Assembly (NCBI GenBank): GCA_965248755.1
Contig: OZ252149.1
Coordinates: 1,568,001 to 1,632,000, forward strand
Reading direction: 5' to 3'
DNA from: Candidatus Latescibacterota bacterium
GTDB taxonomy: Bacteria; Latescibacterota; CBDEFO01
DNA: 64,000 bases
Each line of letters opens with the position of its first letter. Position 1 is the stretch's first letter. A program made the translations under genes and the position numbers. Below are positions 18,858 to 28,696 of the stretch, piece by piece. Under the pieces are notes generated by a model. The model was given only the letters and a program-made list of their open reading frames with translations, did not search any database and had not been told where the DNA came from.

Positions 18858-21386
18858 TTAATGCGGAACACCCAGCTGGTGCATTCGGCGGTGGATAGCG
18901 TCCCTTGCTTCGATGAAGGGGCGCTCTAAATAGGCTTGATGATCCTGCTGCCCGTGATGGTGTGTGACCGTACCCGGGCGGTGCTGACGACTGAGATTTC
19001 CAATGTACGAAAGGCCGCCCTCTATAAGGGTGAGCATATACTCGGCGGACTCCTGGTTGAACATCCACCACTCGCCCCCGCAGGCTATGTAGATCGGCGA
19101 GGTGTGAGCCATAATACCGCGTCTCCATCCGTCATAGTGCGGGATGGCAGTCGAGTATCCGGGACCGCTGCACCTCAGGGCCAACCAACTGTGGCCTTCT
19201 ATCTGCACAGATGCTTTCAAATGGAGTCTCCTTGCTCCGTTCCTCTCCTCTGTAGAAGCTACCACGAGGCCCTCCTGCACGACCTCTAACGTATGTATCG
19301 GAAGGATAGATTCCGCCGTTGCTTCCACCTCCACTGTACCGCCGTTGCCGGAAAGCTGAAGTGTATCGCCAACGTGATGGCTGTCTACAGTAAATTGGAG
19401 GATCGGACCCCCGCTGTGGAAGGTGCGCCCCGCCGCAAGGTTCCTGCACCAGTTGTCGTAGGTAAACTCCTCGTCCGGAGGGATATAGACGTAGGTGCGG
19501 TAGATTCCGACAGGCACGTCTGATGTCATCTTGTCAGTGCCGCCGACCAAGGGCAGACGGTAGCCGCAGTTCAGATAGCGGTAGTACTCATTGTGTTGGT
19601 ACATACCGTGGCGCAGCATTTCGACTGCGTCGGTGCGTCCGGTCGCGATCAGGGTAGCTGGCTCGCCGTTGGGATTGGGAAGGTGCGGTATGATGACTGT
19701 ACCGCCCTGCTCGTGACACTGATCCGCCCAGTCGGACATCGTGATCTCCAACGATCCACCGAGTTCCGCTTCAGAAGGGCCGTCACTGCACCACGGCATC
19801 ACGGGCTTTTTGAGTCCTAACAAAATAAGATGTCCCAGGAAGTGCTGGCGATTCTCCTGCGAGACATAGACGATGCTCCTACCATCCTCTGAAACGCTGG
19901 GCCCGCCGGTGAACTCCTCTGTGTTGGTGAACAGGTGTCCCCACTGAGATTGCAGCAGATTGACGACGTTGAGGTCCTCACCTCTGGCCTCCGTGTGGCT
20001 GCCCTGCGCCGAGAGAAAATGCACGTGCGAGTCGCCGGAAAAGTATCGCTCCTTGTTCATGTTGCACCAGCGGTTCAGGTGAAGTGTAAGCTCCCGCTGG
20101 CCGGGTGTGATTTCGACCTTAGTGCGGAGCGGCTCATACTCAAAGCCGCGGGCGACGTCCACGATCATCTCTCCTCTGGGCAGCCATCCCTGGCAGGTGC
20201 CGTCTATATAGGCGTAAGTTATCTGACCCAGGCGCAGATCGCCGCCCACGTCAATATGCCATGTCCCCATATTGGAGTTGACGTGGGCGTGATGCCCGTG
20301 CGGAGCGTAGGGCACGCCATCCGGGGAGCGGAAGTGAATCCGGCAGGGCACCGGCTTACCAGTTTCGTCGTCCAAGACAGTAGTGTGAACCCAGTTTACA
20401 CCCTTGTCGATGATCTCCACATGTAGGCGATGTGACGGCTCGATTTTTCCCTTCTCCTCCAATTCACCCCACTTGACCTCTCCGAGCACCTCGCCCTCTT
20501 GTTTGACCCTGACGGTCGCAGACGGCGTCGCCGCCACCTCGACATAGCTGGGACTGCTCCTGGGGTTCTGCTCCTCTCCCCAGCCTTTGAAGTCGTCCTC
20601 CAAGAATTCGTCGGAGGACTTTTCGGGGAGAGCATAAGGATATGTCGCCACACCGCGATCCACTTCAACTTCCAGATCGAACGGCTTTTGAGCATCTGCA
20701 GGCCGCGGCAGAGTAATCTTTACTTCTCGCTTTGCCTCTCGCGAGAACGGGAACTCATCTGTGTGACCGAGCGTAATCCCTGCAATCAGGAAAGGGTGAC
20801 CACCTTTCGGGACGATCTCAAGCGAGACGATGGCGCGCTGGGGCTCCGGATTCATCCACGCCCACAGAAAGTAGCCGCGGGGAGACCCCTGTGATGCCTC
20901 TGTCTGACGCCTGCCGGCGCTATCCCAGGGTCCCTCGAATCGGTCCACAAGACCGTCGTTCTGATCGGGAAGCGCAAGGAAGGGCAGACCTCCCCCGGGT
21001 CCAGATCTGAGAGAATATGTCGGCGCTACGGAGATTTCGAAGCGGTCGCGCACCGGAACGCTGACCTCTTTGCCTCCCTCTAAGTGAAAGACGTACTCTC
21101 CCACCAAAGTGCCGACAGGCCCGCCATCCATGATGGGCGATTCCAACAGACGGTGAGCCACGATCACAGACTTCGCAGTCTGATTGATAGGTACAATGAG
21201 TGGTTCACTCTGGTGCTTCGCTCCGAAGGCGAGGAAAGGGCGATCACCGCCTCCATCAGAAGAACCGACCTGAAATGGCAGTCCGCGGAACGATTGAGAA
21301 CCCACCGGGGCGTCATTCCCTTCACCTAAAACCTTCATGCCCGCGTTGCCCAAAGAGGACAGATCGAGCGGTTGATAATCGGTCAT
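18858..21386 (-). CDS. CehA/McbA-family (PHP-like) metallohydrolase
   Basis: SGDSHVH, GHLILLG, IIPH, GGTD motifs; ATG after GGAGG. Confidence 0.8.
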   Translation of the reverse strand: MTDYQPLDLSSLGNAGMKVLGEGNDAPVGSQSFRGLPFQVGSSDGGGDRPFLAFGAKHQSEPLIVPINQTAKSVIVAHRLLESPIMDGGPVGTLVGEYVFHLEGGKEVSVPVRDRFEISVAPTYSLRSGPGGGLPFLALPDQNDGLVDRFEGPWDSAGRRQTEASQGSPRGYFLWAWMNPEPQRAIVSLEIVPKGGHPFLIAGITLGHTDEFPFSREAKREVKITLPRPADAQKPFDLEVEVDRGVATYPYALPEKSSDEFLEDDFKGWGEEQNPRSSPSYVEVAATPSATVRVKQEGEVLGEVKWGELEEKGKIEPSHRLHVEIIDKGVNWVHTTVLDDETGKPVPCRIHFRSPDGVPYAPHGHHAHVNSNMGTWHIDVGGDLRLGQITYAYIDGTCQGWLPRGEMIVDVARGFEYEPLRTKVEITPGQRELTLHLNRWCNMNKERYFSGDSHVHFLSAQGSHTEARGEDLNVVNLLQSQWGHLFTNTEEFTGGPSVSEDGRSIVYVSQENRQHFLGHLILLGLKKPVMPWCSDGPSEAELGGSLEITMSDWADQCHEQGGTVIIPHLPNPNGEPATLIATGRTDAVEMLRHGMYQHNEYYRYLNCGYRLPLVGGTDKMTSDVPVGIYRTYVYIPPDEEFTYDNWCRNLAAGRTFHSGGPILQFTVDSHHVGDTLQLSGNGGTVEVEATAESILPIHTLEVVQEGLVVASTEERNGARRLHLKASVQIEGHSWLALRCSGPGYSTAIPHYDGWRRGIMAHTSPIYIACGGEWWMFNQESAEYMLTLIEGGLSYIGNLSRQHRPGTVTHHHGQQDHQAYLERPFIEARDAIHRRMHQLGVPH

Positions 21387-21605
21387 AGAATTCCTCCTAG
21401 TATAAAGATTTCTGATATCCTGTCTTGGTGATCGCAGTTCAACAAGTTGACTGCACAGACTCAATTTTTTCATTAGTGAGAGAATTTACGAAATTTTCCT
21501 GCCAAGATCAAGCACAATTCCGGGAAAAATAGTAGAGGCTCATACCGCTCCCCTTGACAGAGCGACAAATATTTCGCAAATTGGGGTTTGAGAAGGGAGG
21601 TCAAG

Positions 21606-21917
21606 GTGTCGAGCCCCGAAGTGAAAGATGGTAAGCGCTGGACGGCGACCCGTAAGGGAGAGATTGTGTTGGCTCTTTTGAGAGGAGCAGATCTATCTGA
21701 GGTGTGTCGTAAGAATGGAATTAGCCAGTCGCAGGCGTATGCTTGGCGTGATAGTTTCTTAGAAGGGGGCCAGGAGAGTCTGAAGTCTCGGCGTGGTCGC
21801 AAGGATCCGAAGGAGCGAGAGGTTAGCCGGTTGGAGCGCAAGGTAGGGCAGTTGACGCTCCAGTTGGAGATACTCGAAGAGGTAGCCCGTCTAAAAAAAA
21901 CGAAGCGGTTGCCTTGA
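21606..21917 (+). CDS. IS3-family transposase OrfA
   Basis: Identical protein to copy 1. Confidence 0.9.
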   Translation: MSSPEVKDGKRWTATRKGEIVLALLRGADLSEVCRKNGISQSQAYAWRDSFLEGGQESLKSRRGRKDPKEREVSRLERKVGQLTLQLEILEEVARLKKTKRLP

Positions 21918-22777
21918 GTGGGCGGTTTTTGGGTCGAGGCTATTCCCGCAAGGTGGTAGCTTTGGCTTTGGGTTTGCATCGTTCGACTCTGTATAGGTTT
22001 AGGGATAGAGGTGTCAGTTCTTCTGTTAAAGAGCCTGTGATAGATGAGGAGCTTGCTTTTCGTATTCGAGGGATACTGGACCAAGAAGAGGCATTTGGTC
22101 ACAGGCGGGTTTGGGCGCATCTTCGTTTCAAGGAAGGGGAATGTGTCAACGTTAAGAAGGTTCATAGGATAATGAAGCTTAAGGGGTGGCAGTGTAAGCT
22201 GTGGAATCGTCCCGGGAGAAAGGGGCCACAGGTTGCCCAGAAGCGTTCTGTGGTGGATAGTCCCGACAGTTTGTGGTCGAGTGACTTGACAAAGATTTAC
22301 TGTGGAAAAGATGGTTGGTGTCCTCTTATTGCGGTGGTGGACAACGGAAGCCGGGAGGTTCCTGGGTATCGTTTTAGTCGAAAAGGGAGGGCACTGGAGG
22401 CCACAGATGCCCTGGATCGGGCCGTGATCTCTCGATACACTTCCAAGGAGGCTGTCCCCCAGGGTCTCACTTTGCGCTCTGACAATGGTTCCATCTTTTT
22501 GGCTCGGGCCTATTTGGCCAGTACCGAATATTGGGGAATTCGTCAGGAATACATACCAAGTGGTAAACCCGATTGGAACGGTGTTGTAGAGCGTTTTTTC
22601 AGGACCCTCAAGCAAGAGTGTGTTTGGCTTCACAAGTTTGAATCCTTTGAACAGGCTGAGAAGATCATATCTCAGTGGATCGATAATTACAACAAGAACA
22701 GGCTTCATTCATCCCTGGGATATAAGACCCCAAAAGAGTGGAGAAAACAATTTTATCTACTACCCCAGGTTGCTTAA
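21914..22777 (+). CDS. IS3-family transposase OrfB
   Basis: Identical protein to copy 1. Confidence 0.93.
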   Translation: MSGRFLGRGYSRKVVALALGLHRSTLYRFRDRGVSSSVKEPVIDEELAFRIRGILDQEEAFGHRRVWAHLRFKEGECVNVKKVHRIMKLKGWQCKLWNRPGRKGPQVAQKRSVVDSPDSLWSSDLTKIYCGKDGWCPLIAVVDNGSREVPGYRFSRKGRALEATDALDRAVISRYTSKEAVPQGLTLRSDNGSIFLARAYLASTEYWGIRQEYIPSGKPDWNGVVERFFRTLKQECVWLHKFESFEQAEKIISQWIDNYNKNRLHSSLGYKTPKEWRKQFYLLPQVA

Positions 22778-22806
22778 TTGGTGTCGCTTTCCTGGGAAGC
22801 AGTACA

Positions 22807-22857
22807 GGCTAACCTATGTGTTTGCCTAAAGGGCAGACATACCCGGTCTGCCCCTAC
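22807..22857. repeat. GTAG-type REP doublet (left 9 bp displaced to 21532-21540)
   Basis: GTAGAGGCTAACCTATGTGTTTGCCT-AAA-GGGCAGACATACCCGGTCTGCCCCTAC once the IS is removed. Confidence 0.7.
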
Positions 22858-22877
22858 CAAGAATTGTTGATTCTCTG

Positions 22878-22906
22878 TTGACTTTTCTGCAAGGACGCTG
22901 TATTTT
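22878..22906 (+). promoter_or_regulatory. Putative sigma70 promoter of comF
   Basis: TTGACT-17-TATTTT. Confidence 0.5.
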
Positions 22907-22970
22907 GGCTTTCGCAAGGGCGAAAGTTCAATAGCAAAATGTAATCCTTTAAAACTTAACGCAGAGCGAG

Positions 22971-23708
22971 ATGAAACTTCAAAATTTCACAGCGCTGCTA
23001 TGCAGATCGCTACTCGATTTTGTCTTCCCTCCTCATTGCTGCGTCTGTGAGTCTTATCTGGAGGAGGACGAGCATGTCGTGTGTAAGGGGTGCTGGGGCG
23101 GTATGGAACTGATCGATAGAGGTTTCTGCCGAAGATGTGGAGCGCCATTAGCTGAGAGCGTCTCTCCGTGCCAGTGGTGTCAGAAAAGGGAGTTTAACTT
23201 CAGTGGAGTGCGGATATTATCCATCTTCGTAGGGAAAACCCAGGACATAATTCATCAGTTCAAATACAGTGGGAAAAAGTCCATCGGAAGAAGACTGGGG
23301 GGCATGTTGGCGGAACTCTTGAGGGACGATGACAGGATGATAAAAGCCGATATGATCGTTCCAGTTCCGCTCCACAGGAGCAGAAAAAGGGAAAGGGGCT
23401 ACAATCAAAGCCAGATTATCGCTCAAAGCCTGGGGGATGCGCTGAAGATAGAGGTTAGGGAGGACATTTTGACAAGGTGGAAGTGGACAAAAGTCCAGAC
23501 AAAATTAGACCCCATCCAGAGAATCGAGAACGTGGATGGGGCGTTTCGCGTCGTCAAGGCTGAGGATCTAAAGGATAAGAAAGTGGTTCTGGTGGACGAC
23601 GTGCTTACCACGGGAGCAACGGCGAATTCCTGCGCAAACACGCTCACTGAGGGAGGCGCAAAGAGTGTGTTTGTAGCCGTAGCGGCGCGCCCGTTTGACA
23701 TTAGATAG
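22971..23708 (+). CDS. comF: ComF family protein (double zinc ribbon + PRTase)
   Basis: CxxC pairs, VPVPLH...RERGYNQ, LVDDVLTTGAT. Confidence 0.9.
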   Translation: MKLQNFTALLCRSLLDFVFPPHCCVCESYLEEDEHVVCKGCWGGMELIDRGFCRRCGAPLAESVSPCQWCQKREFNFSGVRILSIFVGKTQDIIHQFKYSGKKSIGRRLGGMLAELLRDDDRMIKADMIVPVPLHRSRKRERGYNQSQIIAQSLGDALKIEVREDILTRWKWTKVQTKLDPIQRIENVDGAFRVVKAEDLKDKKVVLVDDVLTTGATANSCANTLTEGGAKSVFVAVAARPFDIR

Positions 23709-23769
23709 TAGACAGGTGAAAGGGGATAGTGCTCCCTGCCTACCTGTTTACTTAGTACTGACTGCTGCC

Positions 23770-24504
23770 TTAGGCACCCTCCTCGGCGAATCTTTCTGCA
23801 TCATCCTCAGGATCGTATCCGAGAATCTCCTGTGCGCTGGATATGTCCCAGTATCGCCTCGTATTTCCTGATATAGCGTAGAATATTCCGAACTTTACGT
23901 CCGTCTCTATGGACAGTCTGGTAAGCTGAATGTAGTCGCGATTGCTCATCCACGTCGAAAGTATGCGCCCTTTGCCTACGGCAGGATCTCCTCCTGTAAA
24001 AGTACCGATCCTGTGGCAGATAACAGCAATTCCGAAGGCGTCTGAGTAGTATCGCCCTAAAGCCTCCCCGAAGGCCTTGCTGGCTCCGTAGTAGCCGTCG
24101 GGTCTGACGGGCATATCGGGGGTCGTAAATATCTTCCCGTCTTTCTCATAGTATCCCGTCACATGGTTTGTGCTGGCGAAGACTACTTTGTTCACGGTGC
24201 ACTGACGACAGGCCTCGTAGACGTTATATACACCTGTGATATTGGAATGCAGCACACTCTCCCAGGTGGCGTCCACCGCTGGGTCTGCCGCCTGATGAAC
24301 CACAGTATCTACTCCGTCAACAGCCTTCTTTACGCAGTCGAAATCTGCAATGTCGCATATTACTACTTCCTCGCCCTCTTCGGCGGGCAGGACGGTTCGA
24401 TGGTACATTAAACGCAAGTCATAATCGTCTTTCAAGCCTTCTTTGAGTACCCTTCCTATCTTGCCTGCAGCCCCCGTTATTAGAATCTTTTTCCTGTTTG
24501 ACAT
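23770..24504 (-). CDS. NAD-dependent epimerase/dehydratase, uronate dehydrogenase-like
   Basis: ITGAAGKIG, FASTNH, PDGYYGASK. Confidence 0.8.
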   Translation of the reverse strand: MSNRKKILITGAAGKIGRVLKEGLKDDYDLRLMYHRTVLPAEEGEEVVICDIADFDCVKKAVDGVDTVVHQAADPAVDATWESVLHSNITGVYNVYEACRQCTVNKVVFASTNHVTGYYEKDGKIFTTPDMPVRPDGYYGASKAFGEALGRYYSDAFGIAVICHRIGTFTGGDPAVGKGRILSTWMSNRDYIQLTRLSIETDVKFGIFYAISGNTRRYWDISSAQEILGYDPEDDAERFAEEGA

Positions 24505-24583
24505 TGATTCTCCTTTTACCAATACATATTCACCTTGACAAGATAACGGGATCTGTTAACTTGATAGATAGTTTTATCAGTTT

Positions 24584-24877
24584 TTAGCTAATCCCTATGC
24601 TTAGTCCACCACCGTACGAGCTCAGGTTGGTGTTCTTGATGAGTTCCTCTGCTACAGCTTTGGCAACTTCCTCGGGGGTCCCTTCCTGCTCTTCTACAGG
24701 AGTCCATTCCCACGCCTCCAGATAGGCGTCTGTGCCGACTGCGCCCTGTGCCATTGCAAGTTCGTCTATTGCAACCTGGAAGCGCTCTGGAAGCTGTTCT
24801 TTGGCTTCGTTTTCTGCATCGAAGGCTTTGACCTGAATGGGTATCTTCTTCCAGTGAAGTATCTGGTATTTTGCCAT
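24584..24877 (-). CDS. Small conserved 'virulence factor' domain protein
   Basis: ILHWKKIPIQVK...LPERFQVAID..AM..G..GTDAYL..W pattern; GGAGG RBS. Confidence 0.65.
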   Translation of the reverse strand: MAKYQILHWKKIPIQVKAFDAENEAKEQLPERFQVAIDELAMAQGAVGTDAYLEAWEWTPVEEQEGTPEEVAKAVAEELIKNTNLSSYGGGLSIGIS

Positions 24878-24889
24878 CTGTGATCCTCC

Positions 24890-25114
24890 TTAATGTAAGG
24901 GGGGATACTTAAAGCATACGAAGAATGAGGCCAACACGATCAAGACTATAAGTACAATGGAAATAAGACATCCCAACTGGTAGGATTTCACTCCCGGTTC
25001 TGATAGTAGGCGGTCGTCGTGATGTTTACTCTCCAACGGTAGAAATTCGCCGCAGTGTTTGCATTTTATAGCTTCATCCTGTATTTCCTCTGCGCAGTAC
25101 GGGCACTTTTTCAT
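24890..25114 (-). CDS. Zinc-ribbon membrane protein
   Basis: [23 protein letters not shown] plus a TM helix. Confidence 0.75.
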   Translation of the reverse strand: MKKCPYCAEEIQDEAIKCKHCGEFLPLESKHHDDRLLSEPGVKSYQLGCLISIVLIVLIVLASFFVCFKYPPLH

Positions 25115-25328
25115 AGATGTCTTTTCCTTAGCAGGAGAGCGTCTTCTGTGGGATAGACGACCTCAGGCAATATACCTACAAAGGCCATTTAAGTCAACAG
25201 TTTTTGTCTTGTTCAATAGATACAGACATCGAATTTGTCTAATGTAGGGGCGAACCCATGTGGTAGTGTGCAGGGGGATGTGGCTACAAGCTACGAAGCG
25301 GTTTGTCCAAGTCAGGGAGGAGATCACT

Positions 25329-26291
25329 ATGGCTACACTCATTACTGGAGGTGCCGGTTTTATTGGAGCAAAGGTAGCGCGCCTTCTATTAGAAAAAGGA
25401 GAGAAGAATCCGGTCGTTTTCGATATCAACCCTTCCATCAAACGACTAGACGACGTGGAAGATCAAGTAGAAATGGTACAGGGTGATTTAGGTAACTTCA
25501 GCCAAGTGCTGGATGCAGTTAAGAATGCTCAACCTCGCGTGATATATCACCTAGGAGGAATGCTTTCTGTGCCTTCCGATGCCAATCCGGCTGCTGCTAT
25601 TAGAGCAAACGCCCTTGGTACCTTTCATGTGCTGGAGGCAGCAAGACTGTTTGACGTTCAGCAAGTGCTTTTTTCAAGCTCCATCGGGACTTATGGACTC
25701 GATATCCAGGAAGAGGTCATTAGTGATTATACCCTTCAACGTCCCCAGCTTTTTTATGGTGCCACCAAGGTATTCGGCGAACAAATGGGGCTATTTTACA
25801 AAAGGAAATATGGGCTTGATTTCAGAGGAGTTCGATATCCCTCCATCATAGGACCAGGGGTGAAGACTCCTGGAGTTTCCCAATACACTTGCGGGGTCAT
25901 TGAGGAGTGTGCCAAGGGAAATCCATATACGATCTGGGTAAAGCCTGAAACCAAGTTCCCTGTCCTGTATTTTAAAGATGCGGCCCAAGCGATGGTGCAG
26001 CTGAGTGAGGTACCTCTGGAAAACATCAAAACGGTCAACTATCTACTTGCTGGGGTTACTCCCGTTGCTAGTGCCAGGGAATTGACGGACATTGTGAAAG
26101 CCAAGGTGCCCGGTGCTCAGATTGATTTCAAGCCAGATTTAGATCTACAAGATATCGTGGATAAATTCATTCTGCCACTAGACGAAAGCAATGCTCAAAA
26201 GGAGTGGAACTGGAAACCTGAATACGACCAGGAGCGAATCGTTGATGATTTTCTCCAGGAACTTCAGGTAAATCCACAGCTTTACGTCTAG
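25329..26291 (+). CDS. Extended SDR, L-threonine dehydrogenase-like epimerase/dehydratase
   Basis: ITGGAGFIG, YGATK, LDFRGVRYP. Confidence 0.8.
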   Translation: MATLITGGAGFIGAKVARLLLEKGEKNPVVFDINPSIKRLDDVEDQVEMVQGDLGNFSQVLDAVKNAQPRVIYHLGGMLSVPSDANPAAAIRANALGTFHVLEAARLFDVQQVLFSSSIGTYGLDIQEEVISDYTLQRPQLFYGATKVFGEQMGLFYKRKYGLDFRGVRYPSIIGPGVKTPGVSQYTCGVIEECAKGNPYTIWVKPETKFPVLYFKDAAQAMVQLSEVPLENIKTVNYLLAGVTPVASARELTDIVKAKVPGAQIDFKPDLDLQDIVDKFILPLDESNAQKEWNWKPEYDQERIVDDFLQELQVNPQLYV

Positions 26292-26431
26292 CTTAAGAAC
26301 TACACCAGATCGGGGGTGCTATTCATCCTTACCAGCAGATCTGACTTCACGTTTAGTTTCTATCTTTTCAGACAAAACAGAACCACTATATAGTTGAATG
26401 CCTAAGGACGCGCAGGAAAGGATATAAGATT

Positions 26432-27283
26432 ATGACATGGTTAACGATGGGCGCTGTAGAGCTTACGGTGGTCAGCGGCGGGAGGTTCAAATTGGACGGA
26501 GGTTCGATGTTCGGGATTGTACCCAAGGCGCTGTGGGAAAGGACAAACCCGACAGATGAGAAGAACAGGATAGACATGGGGATGAACTGCGCTTTGATAA
26601 GGACAAGTGAAAAGTTGCTGCTGGTGGATGTGGGATTCGGGACAAAGTTAGGACAAAGGCAAAAGGATATATACGCGATAGACGATAGTGTGACGCTTTT
26701 GGAGTCGTTGAAAAAGGAGGGTGTGGAGGCCGAGGAAGTAGATATTGTTGTTCTGTCGCACCTCCATTTCGATCACTGCGGAGGCTCAACCCGCTATGAC
26801 TCGGACGGGGAGATAGTTCCGACCTTTCCTAACGCCGAGTACGTGGTTCAAAAGGGCGAGTGGAAGGACGCCCTAAACAATTTCGGGACGATGAAGACGA
26901 CTTACATCAGGGACAATTTTGCGCCACTGATGGATGCCGAAGTCTTAAGACTTCTTGAAGGTGATGTCGAAATATACGACGGAGTGAGCGTCTTTGTGAC
27001 AGGAGGACATACTCGGCATCATCAGGGAGTGTTGATCGAGTCAAAGGGACAAAAGGCCGTCTTCCCGGCGGATATTATGCCTACGACCTCGCACCTTAAG
27101 GGTCCATATAACATGGCGTACGATCTCTTCCCTTACGATACAATGATGAAAAAATTAGAGCTTCTCAGGGTAGGATCGGAAAACGGATGGATATTTATAT
27201 GGGATCACGATCCCTCCCTACCGATAGGCAAAGTGGAGTCGGACGGTAAGGGGGAATTTAAGGCTATGCCACTATCTGAATAG
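26432..27283 (+). CDS. MBL-fold metallo-hydrolase (YtnP-like)
   Basis: LDGGSMFGIVPK, SHLHFDHCGG, GGHT, HD. Confidence 0.88.
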   Translation: MTWLTMGAVELTVVSGGRFKLDGGSMFGIVPKALWERTNPTDEKNRIDMGMNCALIRTSEKLLLVDVGFGTKLGQRQKDIYAIDDSVTLLESLKKEGVEAEEVDIVVLSHLHFDHCGGSTRYDSDGEIVPTFPNAEYVVQKGEWKDALNNFGTMKTTYIRDNFAPLMDAEVLRLLEGDVEIYDGVSVFVTGGHTRHHQGVLIESKGQKAVFPADIMPTTSHLKGPYNMAYDLFPYDTMMKKLELLRVGSENGWIFIWDHDPSLPIGKVESDGKGEFKAMPLSE

Positions 27284-27413
27284 GAGACAGCTTCCGGGGA
27301 CTCCCCCTCCCCTTTGAACGGGTATGTAACATTTCTTATGCAAAACTATATGTATTCAAGCTTCGTATATACCGAAGCTCCCTAAAAATGTATGGAGACC
27401 TGTGAATGTGCGA

Positions 27414-27434
27414 TCCCGATTGCTTCTATCGGGG
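27414..27434. repeat. 21-bp palindromic dispersed repeat (degenerate)
   Basis: TCCCGATTGCTTCTATCGGGG. Confidence 0.65.
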
Positions 27435-27474
27435 ACCAGTTTGTGACCAGCGCTGTCCATCTCTTCCTGTTGGG

Positions 27475-28389
27475 CTACTCTTTACAGGCTTCGATGATCT
27501 CCTGTAAGACCCGGTCGCTATCCTTAAGGGAAGGCTGACATGTAGCTGCACCCTTGTGACCTCCGCCACCATATCTCTTGCACAATTCTCCGGAATCGGT
27601 AGTAGATGTCCTTACAAAGATGGAATGGGCAACGGAGAGGGTATCGAACTCGTCTTTCTTTCCGTCGGCAATCCGAACAGAAATATTACCTTCCGAAAGG
27701 CCAGGCAGTGTATAAATTAAGAAGCGGTTTGCCGATGGAATCTCTTTGCCGCGAACATCCGTCACGATGACATTGTCATCCAGATAAGAATTCGTTGCAT
27801 AGAACAAAGCGGCGATGCCCTGCATCTCAGTGTACTTCTTGATCCTCTCCTGCGAGTCGGGCATTTCAAGGATTTCCTCTACCGTATGTTTGGTCAACAG
27901 TAAGGGAATTCCGGACACCCATTGAAAATTGCTTATCGTAAAATCACGTTGAAGCCCAAGTCCAGTACGAGGATCCAGCAAGAGACCCAGAAGAATCGCT
28001 CCCTTGGGATTCAAAACCTGTTCGAGGGTAAGGTTTGCACTGTCCACAAGATCGGTGTCGTGGACAAGTTCTTCGTACTTTTTTAGTTCCGGATGTTCCG
28101 GAAGAAAGTAATTGTAAACCAGGTGCGCTGTACTTGGCGACACATCAACTCTTCCTCTGAAATTTTTGGGCATCTCCGGTTTGGTGATCTCGCTGGAATG
28201 GTGATCAAACCACATATAGCAGTTTGGGTGATACGGCAGGTTACAAATAAGATCCTGATCCGTCACATCCACCTTCGCATCTTGCATATCCTTGGGATGA
28301 GCCTGTTGCAGCTCGTCGCACATACCTAACTCTGTCAAAATGGCCGCACATACGGATCCATCCAAATCTCCTCTATAGATTACTCTCAT
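27475..28389 (-). CDS. DHH-family phosphoesterase (exopolyphosphatase/nanoRNase-like)
   Basis: DLDG, FDHH, GGGGHKGAATCQ. Confidence 0.85.
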   Translation of the reverse strand: MRVIYRGDLDGSVCAAILTELGMCDELQQAHPKDMQDAKVDVTDQDLICNLPYHPNCYMWFDHHSSEITKPEMPKNFRGRVDVSPSTAHLVYNYFLPEHPELKKYEELVHDTDLVDSANLTLEQVLNPKGAILLGLLLDPRTGLGLQRDFTISNFQWVSGIPLLLTKHTVEEILEMPDSQERIKKYTEMQGIAALFYATNSYLDDNVIVTDVRGKEIPSANRFLIYTLPGLSEGNISVRIADGKKDEFDTLSVAHSIFVRTSTTDSGELCKRYGGGGHKGAATCQPSLKDSDRVLQEIIEACKE

Positions 28390-28505
28390 GATTTCCTCCC
28401 CTTCCTTTAGCTATTATTAAAGAGAAACAGTATCAATCAGTTTCAAGAAATATTCTGTGACATAGATCACATTTCAGTAGAAAAAGATACAAAATTTTCT
28501 GCTAA

Positions 28506-28534
28506 AGTATATAATTGTAAAGTACATTTGTCAA
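28506..28534 (-). promoter_or_regulatory. Sigma70 promoter of the DHH gene
   Basis: TTGACA-17-TATACT on the minus strand. Confidence 0.65.
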
Positions 28535-28696
28535 CCAAAAAATGGAGTTTGTCCGCACTTCCCTTCCTTCATATATTGTTATAGAGTTAGATGTCTTAAT
28601 ACAATCATGGACTGGCTATGGATACTACATGGACACCGGGAGGGAAAAAGGGAAAGAATTAGTACCAGACCAACTGTCCCATTTTCTATGTTTTTT

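Larger units (their letters stand above)
21541..22806 (+). mobile_element. IS3-family IS, copy 5
   Basis: 1266 bp, GGCT target duplication, inside a GTAG REP doublet. Confidence 0.95.
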
